From a virus, in IMG/VR virus record IMGVR_UViG_3300035703_000020, positions 85,879 to 149,878 of that record: DNA of 64,000 bases; one strand, written 5' to 3'. The position numbers and the translations under genes are program-made. Position 1 is the stretch's first letter. Every line of letters begins with the position of its first letter. Below, piece after piece: positions 38,027 to 47,117 of this stretch. The notes below the pieces were generated by a model. That model did not search any database and was not told where the DNA came from. It saw nothing but the letters and a program-made list of their open reading frames with translations.

Positions 38027-39337
38027 ATGGCGGTTCTACCAGGCCTACTCATCCAGCCCCTCGTCTGGGTCAAGTGGGGCGACACGGACCTCACGCAGTA
38101 CCCCGTCGGCTCCGGCCTGGAGCCGGTGGTCTACGGCGTCTCGATCACGATCCCGGAGAAGGACAACGTCCCGACGTGCGAGTTCAACTTCGCGCCGACG
38201 CCGGCGGGCTTCACCGCGTTCCAGAAGTGCGTCACCTCGGACAAGGACAAGCCGGTCACCGTCACCATTGGCTACCAGGGCGGGCCGGAGTTCAAGATGA
38301 AGTTCTTCTTCACCGGCCTGACGTTCTCCACCGGAGTCGACACCAGCGCGAGGGTGTTCCTGACGGTCGCGACCAAGGGCGCCTGGACCGACAACAGGAT
38401 CTCCTTCACGATGACCGAGAAGGAGAAGGTCACGCTCGACGCCTTCCCGGACTTCATCAAGAAGAAGATCGGCGACGCCGGCAAGGACATCAACATCGAG
38501 TTCGCGGGCCAGCTGAAGGAGGACGCGCCTAAGATCGAGGTGCAGCTCAACGTCATCCAGCAGACGCCGATGCAGATCATCGAGGGGATGGCCAGGTCCA
38601 TGGGCTTCGTCATCAGCAACGGCGACACCGTCATCGAGGGCGGCCCGCTGGTGCTCAGCTACTCCCCCAACTACGAGCCCGACAAGAAGAAGGACGCGCC
38701 GATCGTGCTCGGGAAGCCCGGGACGCCGAAGCCCGCCGAGCGCAAGGTCTACATTGTGGGCCCCGGCCTGATGGAGACGTTCCAGAGGGAGATGAAGTTC
38801 ACGACGAGCATCTCCGGCTTCGACATCGGCAAGTCGTTCAAGGAGCCCGGCTCGTTCGACTCCGACTCGGAGAAAATCCTCGACACGAAGACCGAGGCCG
38901 GCAAGAAGAAGGTGGAGGGCACCAACACGAAGGGCACTACGGGCAACGCCGGAGGCAAGACCCCGGCCCAGCGCGGCGCCAAGAAGTCCGCGGGCGTGGA
39001 GAAGGAGGCCCGCTCGAAGAAGGAGCAGATCGGCAACATCAAAGCGAGCGGCGAGTTCTTCATGGTCCCCTACATGGTCGGGATCAAGCCCAGGGACTTC
39101 ATCGCCATCCCCTCGCTCGCGCTGCCGTGCGCCTACGTCGAGGACTGGGCCGTCGAGCAGGTGACGTACACGCAGACGGACGAGGGCGGCGTGCGCGTGG
39201 GCGTCGAGTGCACGCGGGAGTTCATCGGCACAGAGAACATGATGGACAAGGACCCCGTCGACGCCGTCAAGAAGATCGCCGACGCGAACCACGCCGGCGG
39301 TACCTCCTTCTGGCACCGGATGTACTGGGAGGCCTGA
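38027..39337 (+). CDS. Putative baseplate hub protein
   Basis: Follows the tape measure gene; assignment is mostly positional. Confidence 0.45.
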   Translation: MAVLPGLLIQPLVWVKWGDTDLTQYPVGSGLEPVVYGVSITIPEKDNVPTCEFNFAPTPAGFTAFQKCVTSDKDKPVTVTIGYQGGPEFKMKFFFTGLTFSTGVDTSARVFLTVATKGAWTDNRISFTMTEKEKVTLDAFPDFIKKKIGDAGKDINIEFAGQLKEDAPKIEVQLNVIQQTPMQIIEGMARSMGFVISNGDTVIEGGPLVLSYSPNYEPDKKKDAPIVLGKPGTPKPAERKVYIVGPGLMETFQREMKFTTSISGFDIGKSFKEPGSFDSDSEKILDTKTEAGKKKVEGTNTKGTTGNAGGKTPAQRGAKKSAGVEKEARSKKEQIGNIKASGEFFMVPYMVGIKPRDFIAIPSLALPCAYVEDWAVEQVTYTQTDEGGVRVGVECTREFIGTENMMDKDPVDAVKKIADANHAGGTSFWHRMYWEA

Positions 39338-39429
39338 CGGGACTCACCCCTAGGGCGCCCAGCTATGATGGTCTCGAGCGCCACCGGCAACAGGGCCGGA
39401 CCGAGAGCGCTCTACACGAGAGACCAAAC

Positions 39430-40395
39430 GTGAAGAACGTCAAGATCAACATCGCACTGGACGAGCGCAACCGCGCGCGCCTCGAGACCAAGTCGTACGA
39501 CCGGGCCTACGTGGACGTGCCGAACCGCGCGCTGCCCGCAGGCCTCAAAGAGGAGCTGAGCGTCATCCACGCCGCGCTGACCGGCGATGAGCTGTCCGAC
39601 GAGGGCAGCACCTTCACCGTGCGCGCCGACGCCGCGGGCACCTTCAAGCGCCTCTACAGCCCGACGGTCTTCTCCACCGAGGAGAAGGGCCTGATCATCC
39701 GCTGGGGCACCGACGACATCCCACTGGCCGTGACCAACGGCAAGATCGGCGCGCCAACCGCCGACAAGAAGGCCAAGTTCGCCTTCAAGGAGGAGCAGGT
39801 CGGCAAGTACAACGAGACCGTGCTGAGCGTCTCGATCGCCAAGGACGGCACCCTCTACACGATGCCCTTCCCCGTGAAGGCGGCTGACTGGGAGGCGGGC
39901 GTGAGCCCCGACGTGCTCGACGTGCTGCTCGAGGAGAACCCCGACGCCATCGCCGACCAGATCGCGGTCGCCGGCGACCCCACCAAGCGCGGGGAGGGCG
40001 GCGGGCCCCGGCTGCAGGGCCACATCATCAAGGTGGCCGAGCTGCCGATCGGCACCTACACCGTGACCGGCTACCGCTCCCGCGAGACCTCCTACGGCAC
40101 CGACTACATGATCCAGGCCGTGGTCGAGGAGCCCTTCGTGGCCACGACCCGCGTCAAGGACGAGGCGACCGAGGAATGGGGCGACGCGGAGGTCGAGGTG
40201 AGCGGCTTCGCCATCGTGAAGCCCAACACCCAGCTCAAGAAGCTGCTGGCCGCCGAGCCCATCATCGACGAGTCCAACCCAGCGACCCTGCAGGTCGTCG
40301 ACCACGGCGAGTGGAACGGCTACAAGACCGCAAAGGTGAGCCTGAAGTGCTCCGCCTTCAAGCAGGACGACGGCTCGTTCGACATCGACTTCTGA
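39430..40395 (+). CDS. Putative single-stranded DNA-binding protein
   Basis: GTG start after TATGAT (39364); beta-rich; acidic tail DDGSFDIDF; followed by a terminator; near the helicase. Confidence 0.5.
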   Translation: MKNVKINIALDERNRARLETKSYDRAYVDVPNRALPAGLKEELSVIHAALTGDELSDEGSTFTVRADAAGTFKRLYSPTVFSTEEKGLIIRWGTDDIPLAVTNGKIGAPTADKKAKFAFKEEQVGKYNETVLSVSIAKDGTLYTMPFPVKAADWEAGVSPDVLDVLLEENPDAIADQIAVAGDPTKRGEGGGPRLQGHIIKVAELPIGTYTVTGYRSRETSYGTDYMIQAVVEEPFVATTRVKDEATEEWGDAEVEVSGFAIVKPNTQLKKLLAAEPIIDESNPATLQVVDHGEWNGYKTAKVSLKCSAFKQDDGSFDIDF

Positions 40396-40416
40396 TCGGC
40401 CGGATCGGCTAACTCG

Positions 40417-40440
40417 GAGGGGCCCAGCGCCCCTCTTTTA
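40417..40440 (+). terminator. Intrinsic terminator
   Basis: GAGGGGC-ccagc-GCCCCTC-TTTT. Confidence 0.8.
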
Positions 40441-40442
40441 TT

Positions 40443-40694
40443 ATGGGAACGTTCTGGATAGTCTTCTTCGCCGCGCTGGCGCTGCTGGCCGCGGTGCTGC
40501 CCGACGACGCGGCGATCGCGATCGACCTCGTAGACGTGTGGCTGCGCGCCGCCCGCGTGTGGCTGGCGTCGAGGCTGATGATGGCCCGCCTGTGGCTGAG
40601 GCTCAAGTGGGACGGGTCCCAGATCGCGTGGCGCCTGTGGCTCATCCGCCGCAGGGCCGCGCACAATAGAAACAACGAAGCAAAAGGCAACTGA
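40443..40694 (+). CDS. Small membrane protein
   Basis: Hydrophobic N-terminus, TGATG-coupled to the next gene. Confidence 0.55.
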   Translation: MGTFWIVFFAALALLAAVLPDDAAIAIDLVDVWLRAARVWLASRLMMARLWLRLKWDGSQIAWRLWLIRRRAAHNRNNEAKGN

Positions 40695-42634
40695 TGACTG
40701 ACAGGTTCAGCGGCAAGGCGTTCACCGACCCGCAGAGCGACAACATCCGGAAGACGGCGAAGGCCCGCAAGTTCTCGACCAAGAAGGACGAGACGGGCGA
40801 CGAGAAGAAGGCCCCGTCCAACCTCTCCGAGCTGTACAACAAGGGCGTGGAGCACCTGCGCACCTTCAACTTCCACATCGAGCTGGCGGAGACGGGCGAC
40901 CACATCAAGCACCGGATCCTCAAGCCCGCCGCCCCGACCCAGATCCTGGGGATCAACTACCCGGCGAGCTTCCAGCCGCTGCAGGACATCTCTACGCTGG
41001 AGGACTTCCAGCGCATCGAGCGCGCGTTCGAGTCCGCCGAGACCGAGGTGCGCGACTTCTGGACGCCGCTGTTCCGGCCCAAGGGCGGCGAGACCGACCT
41101 CGGCAACTTCGCCGACCGCCTGCTGGCGATGAAGCGCATCCAGCAGAACATCAACATCCACGAGACTCTCGATTACGGCCACACCTTCGACCCCGACGGC
41201 AGCCTCTGCGGCTACGGCTTCGTGCGCAACCCGCGCGTGTGGGTGCCAGCGAAGGAGTGGTTCGACGAGAAGCTGCGGGCCGTGACGCTGCAGGACGTCT
41301 TCACGATCTTCCCCGAGGCGGAGGTCGAGATGCTGAAGATGATCCTCGGGCGCGTGGGCGTCGGCCGCGCCAACCACCTGCCGCCGAACTTCCCCAAGCC
41401 CATCGACCACACGGCCCGCATGGCCGCGGTCATCGTCGGCAAGGACGCCGGCCTGGGCAAGTCGACCATCTTCAACGGGCTCACGGCCGCGCTGTCCAAG
41501 TGCGGCTTCGCGACTCACACCTTCAAGTCCACGGAGGACCGCTTCGGCCTCAAGGCAGCCGCGCTGGCCAACGTCGCCTACAAGGACGACACGGCCATGA
41601 AGTCGCTCAAGCAGTTCCTCGCGGCGGAGGAGACGAAGATCCTCATCACCAACGGCCTATTCCAGACCGAGGAGAAGTTCCAGAACGCCGAGCAGATCTG
41701 GCCGCAGTGCGTGCTGATCGTCAACTCGAACGACTGGGACGCGCACTTCGCCTACGACCTCGACCCCGGCATCATCGACCGGATCAAGATCCTCTCCACC
41801 TACCGCGAGTATGAGGTCCTCAAGAATCGCAAGGCTCTGGCGGACACTGCTTCTGACGGTACTCCTGACCTGCGCCCTCGCGCTCACATCCCCTTCCTGG
41901 CTGACAAGCTTGGCGTCTCTGCTGACGCTCTTTACCTTTGGTGCCTTCGCCTTGCGACTGATCGCTTCTGGGAGATAATCAACGACACCGAGGACCCGAC
42001 GGTCAACCGCCTGCAGGTCGAGGTGCGCTACTGGACCACGCGCCAGCGCATCCGCTTCAAGGCCGACACGTCGCAGGCCCTGGTCAACGCCATGGCGATC
42101 TGCGCGGCCATCCGCAACGGCCACGAGCCGTACTCGATGCCCGAGCTCACCCCGGAGGTGCTCACGAGGCACCTGCGCGACCTGCTGTTCGTCGGCATCG
42201 ACAAGAGCGGCAAGAAGCTGATGTCGGCGATGAAGGCCAAGTGGGAGGAGGCCGGCCGGCCGTCCACGCACTACTACCAGGGTCTCCGCGAGATCCGGTG
42301 GGAGTCGGTGCAGCTAGCGATCGACACCTTCGTCAACGCCCAGCACTACGGCGGCAAGACGCCAGCCGAGCTGGTCAAGGAGGTCATGAGCAAGCTGATC
42401 ATGCGCGACGGCTTCAAGATCTCTACCGGCCTGAGCTACGTGATCGAGGACTGGAACACCTGCCGCTACGCCATCGGCGAGATCTCCGAGGAGGCCCAGG
42501 CCCTGCGGTCGACCCTTTCGAAGACCCAGCAGGAACGGCTCTGCGACAGGAGCATCGAACCGACCCGGGACTGGCTCTCGAACCCAAACTACTCGCCCGA
42601 CCGGGCAGAGGAACTACGCCCCGACATGGACTGA
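40694..42634 (+). CDS. SF3-like (D5-type) helicase/ATPase
   Basis: Walker A-like GKDAGLGKST, Walker B-like AYKDD, motif C-like IVNSN. Confidence 0.7.
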   Translation: MTDRFSGKAFTDPQSDNIRKTAKARKFSTKKDETGDEKKAPSNLSELYNKGVEHLRTFNFHIELAETGDHIKHRILKPAAPTQILGINYPASFQPLQDISTLEDFQRIERAFESAETEVRDFWTPLFRPKGGETDLGNFADRLLAMKRIQQNINIHETLDYGHTFDPDGSLCGYGFVRNPRVWVPAKEWFDEKLRAVTLQDVFTIFPEAEVEMLKMILGRVGVGRANHLPPNFPKPIDHTARMAAVIVGKDAGLGKSTIFNGLTAALSKCGFATHTFKSTEDRFGLKAAALANVAYKDDTAMKSLKQFLAAEETKILITNGLFQTEEKFQNAEQIWPQCVLIVNSNDWDAHFAYDLDPGIIDRIKILSTYREYEVLKNRKALADTASDGTPDLRPRAHIPFLADKLGVSADALYLWCLRLATDRFWEIINDTEDPTVNRLQVEVRYWTTRQRIRFKADTSQALVNAMAICAAIRNGHEPYSMPELTPEVLTRHLRDLLFVGIDKSGKKLMSAMKAKWEEAGRPSTHYYQGLREIRWESVQLAIDTFVNAQHYGGKTPAELVKEVMSKLIMRDGFKISTGLSYVIEDWNTCRYAIGEISEEAQALRSTLSKTQQERLCDRSIEPTRDWLSNPNYSPDRAEELRPDMD

Positions 42635-42717
42635 CGGCTATGGTATCGACCCAGACAAAACCGCGGGTAAGCTCAACGGAACCCCCCTCGCTGGGGGCCG
42701 TTGAAGACCGCGAAACA

Positions 42718-43068
42718 ATGGACGCATACGCCTACGAGCAGGACAAGCAGAGGCGCCTGCTCGACGAGCTGGTGGCGGGCGGCTACACCCTGGCCGACGA
42801 CCCGGCCGGGCTGCACGAGCACATCGGAACCTCGATGGACATCGAGGTCTGGTGCGAGATGTGGACGCCGCGCCTGCTATGCAAGCTCTTCGTGAGGGGC
42901 ACCGAGGAGGTGGCCCACTCGTTCCACCTGGTCCCCCTGCACCAGATCGTCAAGTGGCTCTACCAGGTGCCGAACCCGGGCGACGCCTTCGTCGGGAGGT
43001 TCGTCGTGGGCGTGCGCCGCGTGAGCGAGACCCAGTACGTCCCAGCCCTCAGGCTGCCGCTGAAGTAG
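42718..43068 (+). CDS. Hypothetical protein
   Basis: MDAYAYEQDK...; downstream of GGGTAAG (42665). Confidence 0.55.
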   Translation: MDAYAYEQDKQRRLLDELVAGGYTLADDPAGLHEHIGTSMDIEVWCEMWTPRLLCKLFVRGTEEVAHSFHLVPLHQIVKWLYQVPNPGDAFVGRFVVGVRRVSETQYVPALRLPLK

Positions 43069-43100
43069 GGTAAGTCACACCGCAAACAACAGGAGCCGAA

Positions 43101-43616
43101 ATGCAGGACGCGACCGCCGTCATCGACGGCATCAAGAAGTCAGTGGAGCTGGCCGGCAGGTCCGGCCGCGACGGCATCACGCTGGACAACGTCTCCTTCA
43201 GGCTCGACATCCGCGAGGTGGACGTGCCCCACGGGGCCGAGCTCAGCGAGGCCTCGCTTATCGCCGGAGAGCTCGCCTACGACCTGCTCGAGGACGGGGC
43301 CCTGGGCTACAGCCAGGAGGGCGTCTTCCTGGTGTACAGCGACGAGATGTTCCCCAACTGCGTGTCGCTGCAGGTCCTGCTCGTCGACCACGGCGTCGAC
43401 GGCAAGAGGCTGGACATGATCGCCACCCTGCACCGCTCCGACGTGGCCGGTGAGCTCCCGCGCGACGTGCTCGTGTGCGAGCTGCTCGCGCACAGGTTCG
43501 CCCACGCCGCCAACCGCAGGGCCGGCTTCCTCACCGTGAACGTTGGTCTCGCGACCGTCATGTGGGACGACGCCGATTTGCTCGAGGAGCCGGACGAGAT
43601 CGAGATCCCGATGTGA
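43101..43616 (+). CDS. Degenerate thymidylate-synthase-fold (ThyA/dCMP hydroxymethylase-like) protein
   Basis: FPNCVSLQ..KRLDMIATLHRSDVAGELPRDV..LL...A...AG.L.VNVG aligns to the ThyA C-terminal half. Confidence 0.6.
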   Translation: MQDATAVIDGIKKSVELAGRSGRDGITLDNVSFRLDIREVDVPHGAELSEASLIAGELAYDLLEDGALGYSQEGVFLVYSDEMFPNCVSLQVLLVDHGVDGKRLDMIATLHRSDVAGELPRDVLVCELLAHRFAHAANRRAGFLTVNVGLATVMWDDADLLEEPDEIEIPM

Positions 43617-43666
43617 GCGCACCTGGCGCACTTCGAAGTACAATCAACCCGTAGAGGCAAACAACG

Positions 43667-44179
43667 ATGGCATTCGACTACGTAGAGTTCGTCAACGAGG
43701 GCTTCTCCGCCCAGCAGAAGTACGCGGAGAAGGTCGGCGAGATGGGCCCAAAGGACTTCGCCATGGTCGACATGGTGAACCAGTTTGGGGGCGACGCCGC
43801 GGACGTCAACGAGATCCGCTACCGCAAGGTCATCGAGCACTTCGGCCACCTGATCGAGGAGGCCATCGAGGCGCGCGTGTACGTGCCGCGCCGCAGCTGG
43901 AAGAACGGCGAGCGCAGCTACCTCGACAGCCCCGAGCTGCGGAAGGAGTTCGTCGCCGAGATGTACGACATCCTGCTGTTCCACCGCGCGATCCTGGCCT
44001 ACGCGGGCGTGACCGGCGAGGAGTTCGCGCAAGTGGCCGCCGAGAAGCAGGCCTACAACCAGACCCGCAAGGACCACAACGTCAACGGCGACGAGCCCGT
44101 GAGCGCCAGCCCGAGCGAGGAGCTTGCCGGCGCCTGCGCCTCCGCCTCCTTCGCCAACAACTCGTACGACCGCGACTGA
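43667..44179 (+). CDS. All-alpha dNTP pyrophosphatase (dimeric dUTPase/dCTPase/MazG-like)
   Basis: EEAIE..WK...EMYDILLF acidic helix motifs. Confidence 0.75.
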   Translation: MAFDYVEFVNEGFSAQQKYAEKVGEMGPKDFAMVDMVNQFGGDAADVNEIRYRKVIEHFGHLIEEAIEARVYVPRRSWKNGERSYLDSPELRKEFVAEMYDILLFHRAILAYAGVTGEEFAQVAAEKQAYNQTRKDHNVNGDEPVSASPSEELAGACASASFANNSYDRD

Positions 44180-44322
44180 TGCAAGACACGTTCATTGTCA
44201 AGCTGATCAACCAGGGACGGGTGATCAACATCTCCGTCCAGGCGACGTCGCAGCAGGAGGCCAAGCGCGTCGCCGAGAACATGTATCACGGATACCGCGC
44301 CATGTCGGCGCAGCGGGGCTGA
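44179..44322 (+). CDS. Small hypothetical protein (47 aa)
   Basis: TGATG-coupled; V.A.S..EA...AE.MY pattern. Confidence 0.6.
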   Translation: MQDTFIVKLINQGRVINISVQATSQQEAKRVAENMYHGYRAMSAQRG

Positions 44323-44325
44323 CCG

Positions 44326-44523
44326 ATGGCCATCTCACAGCCGGTTCTCGAACCGTTACGCGACGCCGAGAAGTCGCTCCGCGACGCGCTAGCATCAGCA
44401 GCGAGGGTCGAGAAGGCCCACGTCCCGGCCGTCATCTCCGAGCTCATCGTGAAGATCAATACCCTGATCGACATGACCGAGTTCCTCGAGGACGTCCAGG
44501 AGCGCATCCCCAAACGATTCTAG
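44326..44523 (+). CDS. Conserved cyanophage hypothetical protein
   Basis: MAISQPV...L.DAE..LR.ALA.AAR.E pattern. Confidence 0.65.
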   Translation: MAISQPVLEPLRDAEKSLRDALASAARVEKAHVPAVISELIVKINTLIDMTEFLEDVQERIPKRF

Positions 44524-44527
44524 GCCG

Positions 44528-44935
44528 ATGAAAATCTACCGCCGAACGCCCGGCATCACGGTCCAACTGCGGAGGGCCACCGACGAGGACCTCCTCGAGA
44601 TGGAGCTGCAGTACCCCGACGACAGGCTGCTGCCCACGATGTCCGCGATGGAGAGCTACGTGCTCATCGTCGGCGAGGACCGGTACAAGCGGCCCGTCGG
44701 CTTCATCGAGTACTTCGTGCGGGACGCCGAGCTGTTCGTCACCGGCCTGTGGGTGGCCCCGGACCACAGGGGCAATGGCTACGGCACCATGATGCTCGAG
44801 CTCGCGGAGGCCACCGAGCGCCCGGACATGATGCGGGTGGTCGCCACGCCGCACTCCGAGGGCTTCTACGAGAAGCGCGGCTACAACATGGACCAGGGTT
44901 TCAGGGTCATGACCAAGGTGTGCATCGATGACTAA
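44528..44935 (+). CDS. GNAT acetyltransferase
   Basis: LWVAPDHRGNGYG and FYEKRGY motifs. Confidence 0.88.
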   Translation: MKIYRRTPGITVQLRRATDEDLLEMELQYPDDRLLPTMSAMESYVLIVGEDRYKRPVGFIEYFVRDAELFVTGLWVAPDHRGNGYGTMMLELAEATERPDMMRVVATPHSEGFYEKRGYNMDQGFRVMTKVCIDD

Positions 44936-45185
44936 GACGAAGGACTACGACTTCGACCGCATTACGCGGATCCTCCGCTCGAGCGAGGCCGGGCAGCTGA
45001 TCGACAGCTTCGTCCGAGTCGAGCACGGCGAGGACTTCCTGCGGGCCGCGTGGGACGCCTTTCTGGACCTCGGCGAGTACTTCGACGAGGTGTACGAGGG
45101 CGAGCGCCAGATGCTCAACCAGTTCGTGCTCATGCTCGAGGACGAGGTGGGCCTGAAGGACATGGGGCTGCCCGTATGTGTGTGA
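44928..45185 (+). CDS. Hypothetical protein
   Basis: 85 aa, overlaps both neighbours. Confidence 0.55.
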   Translation: MTKTKDYDFDRITRILRSSEAGQLIDSFVRVEHGEDFLRAAWDAFLDLGEYFDEVYEGERQMLNQFVLMLEDEVGLKDMGLPVCV

Positions 45186-45772
45186 GCGCCTGGGACGGCC
45201 GCTTCATGGAGATGGCCTCGCTGATCTCCGGCTGGAGCAAGGACCCCGGGACCAAGGTCGGGGCCGTGCTCGTCGGCGACAGGAACATCCTCGCCACGGG
45301 CTACAACGGCTTCCCGTCGGGGATCGACGACAATCCCGCGAGGTACGCGGACCGCGAGGTAAAACTTGCCTACACCGTCCACGCGGAGGTGAACGCGCTG
45401 CTCAACGCGGCGAAGAACGGGGCCAAGACGGAGGGGTCCACGCTGTATGCTACGTTCCACCCGTGCGTCAACTGCGCGGCTGCGATCATACAGGGTGGCA
45501 TAAGGAGGGTTGTTTGTCCGTCGGTAGAATCGGCTCCCGAGAGATGGCACGATAGCTTCAAGCGTGCCCGGGACCTCATGCTGGAGGCCGGCATCGAGAT
45601 CCACCAACACGGAGCACACGATGAGCGAGGAGGAATCCCTCAGCCGGACCTGCCCGAAGTGCGGGGCAAGGTTCCTGGGCGGCAGGCTGTACTGGGCGAC
45701 GGGCAAGCCCGGCGACCCGAAAGACCTTGCGGGTCTCGTCTGTCAGAACTGGGGCGACGCGACCTGCATTAA
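45176..45772 (+). CDS. dCMP deaminase
   Basis: SKDP.TKVGA, GYNG, HAE, PCVNC motifs. Confidence 0.9.
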   Translation: MCVSAWDGRFMEMASLISGWSKDPGTKVGAVLVGDRNILATGYNGFPSGIDDNPARYADREVKLAYTVHAEVNALLNAAKNGAKTEGSTLYATFHPCVNCAAAIIQGGIRRVVCPSVESAPERWHDSFKRARDLMLEAGIEIHQHGAHDERGGIPQPDLPEVRGKVPGRQAVLGDGQARRPERPCGSRLSELGRRDLH

Positions 45773-45869
45773 CCCCATGCGAGAGGCCAAGGGAGGCGAC
45801 ACGTGGGTGAAGCGGCTCGAGTTCATGCGGGCCATGGACTCCGAGCTGCAGCTACCCCCGATTGAGTAG
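45621..45869 (+). CDS. Conserved cyanophage Cys-rich hypothetical protein
   Basis: CPKCGA...YWATG....DLAGLVC...CINP. Confidence 0.7.
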   Translation: MSEEESLSRTCPKCGARFLGGRLYWATGKPGDPKDLAGLVCQNWGDATCINPMREAKGGDTWVKRLEFMRAMDSELQLPPIE

Positions 45870-45931
45870 ACGGTCCGCGAACCGCCACACTGCCCGTCCC
45901 GGTGGCGCCCGGGGCGGGCTATGATGTCTGT

Positions 45932-46546
45932 ATGACGAAACAAACCATGCCGGACAAGCCCGAGAACCAGATCATCGCAGAGGCCCAGGCGGGCGACCGC
46001 CGCGCCGAGCGCGCCATCCTCAAGAAGTACGAGCGCCTCGTGCACAAGCTGGCGTGGAAGTACGCCTTCACGGCGACCTCGCACACCCACGAGGACCTCA
46101 CGCAGGAGGGCTACATCGGCCTGATCAGCGCGATCAAGTCCTACGACCCCACCCGCGGCGCCAAGTTCATGACCTGGGCCTACTACCACGTCCGCGGCGC
46201 GATCACCTCGTGCGGCCGCTCCGACCGCCACCAGCCGAAGTACCCGTACTCGCTGGAGGACTGCCCCCGCGCGTACAATGTCGAGGACCCGACGCAGGAG
46301 ATCGACGTCAAGATGGACGTCCCCGCCGAGTTCGTCCGCACCGTCGTCGCCGAGTGCTGCGGCGGCATGCACACCAAGCGGGCGCAGGTCGTCGTCGACC
46401 GCTTCGGCCTGTTCGGCAAGCCCGAGCTGCGCAACTGCGAGGCCGCGGCCAAGTACGGCATGACCAAGTACGCGGTCAACGCCCACGTCTACGCCTTCAA
46501 GAAGAAGGCCGCCGAGCGCTACCCCGAGCTGGAGATGTACGTATGA
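45932..46546 (+). CDS. Sigma-70 family RNA polymerase sigma factor 1
   Basis: Region 2 EDLTQEGYIGLISAIKSYDPTRGAKFMTWA; region 4-like C-terminus. Confidence 0.88.
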   Translation: MTKQTMPDKPENQIIAEAQAGDRRAERAILKKYERLVHKLAWKYAFTATSHTHEDLTQEGYIGLISAIKSYDPTRGAKFMTWAYYHVRGAITSCGRSDRHQPKYPYSLEDCPRAYNVEDPTQEIDVKMDVPAEFVRTVVAECCGGMHTKRAQVVVDRFGLFGKPELRNCEAAAKYGMTKYAVNAHVYAFKKKAAERYPELEMYV

Positions 46547-46836
46547 GGGTCTGGAAGATCTCCGACCAGGACTGCCCGATCTGCGCCGAGATGGCCACCT
46601 TCGACGCCGGCGTCGCCGCTGGCCTCGAGTGGGGCTTCGGCGTGATCAACTTCGACTTCCTGTCCGAGTACTCCGACATCCGCGACTACGTCCGCGTGAA
46701 CTTCGTCGCCACCGACGGCTCCGTCGACATCCCGATCTACGTGATCGAGAGCGAGGACGGGCGCCTGATCGGCGGCGTGCAGGGCCGGAACACCAAAGGC
46801 GAGCTCCGCCGCAAGCTGATGCAGGCCGCAGGATGA
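46543..46836 (+). CDS. Thioredoxin-like protein
   Basis: CPIC near the N-terminus and a later IP motif. Confidence 0.65.
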   Translation: MRVWKISDQDCPICAEMATFDAGVAAGLEWGFGVINFDFLSEYSDIRDYVRVNFVATDGSVDIPIYVIESEDGRLIGGVQGRNTKGELRRKLMQAAG

Positions 46837-47027
46837 TGTCATCGCTGATACAAGTCATCCTGACGCGGCTCTCCGACGGCTCGGAGTTCGAGGGCATGGC
46901 CTGGTGCGACAACGGGAAGTACGAGGCCATCTGGAACGAGGGTGGCCTGCGCTACGTCTTCCACTTCCGCGAGGACGGCAAGCAAATAGGCGTCAACAAG
47001 TACCGCCTCCGCCGCGCCGATCAGTGA
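46833..47027 (+). CDS. Hypothetical protein
   Basis: ATGA-coupled, 64 aa. Confidence 0.5.
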   Translation: MMSSLIQVILTRLSDGSEFEGMAWCDNGKYEAIWNEGGLRYVFHFREDGKQIGVNKYRLRRADQ

Positions 47028-47117
47028 ACCGGCACGTGGCAGAGTCTACGCGGTCTCGAATGTTACAGAATATGGAAGACCCAGAGCGGGTCGACTAGTC
47101 GAAACGATCGAACCTAC

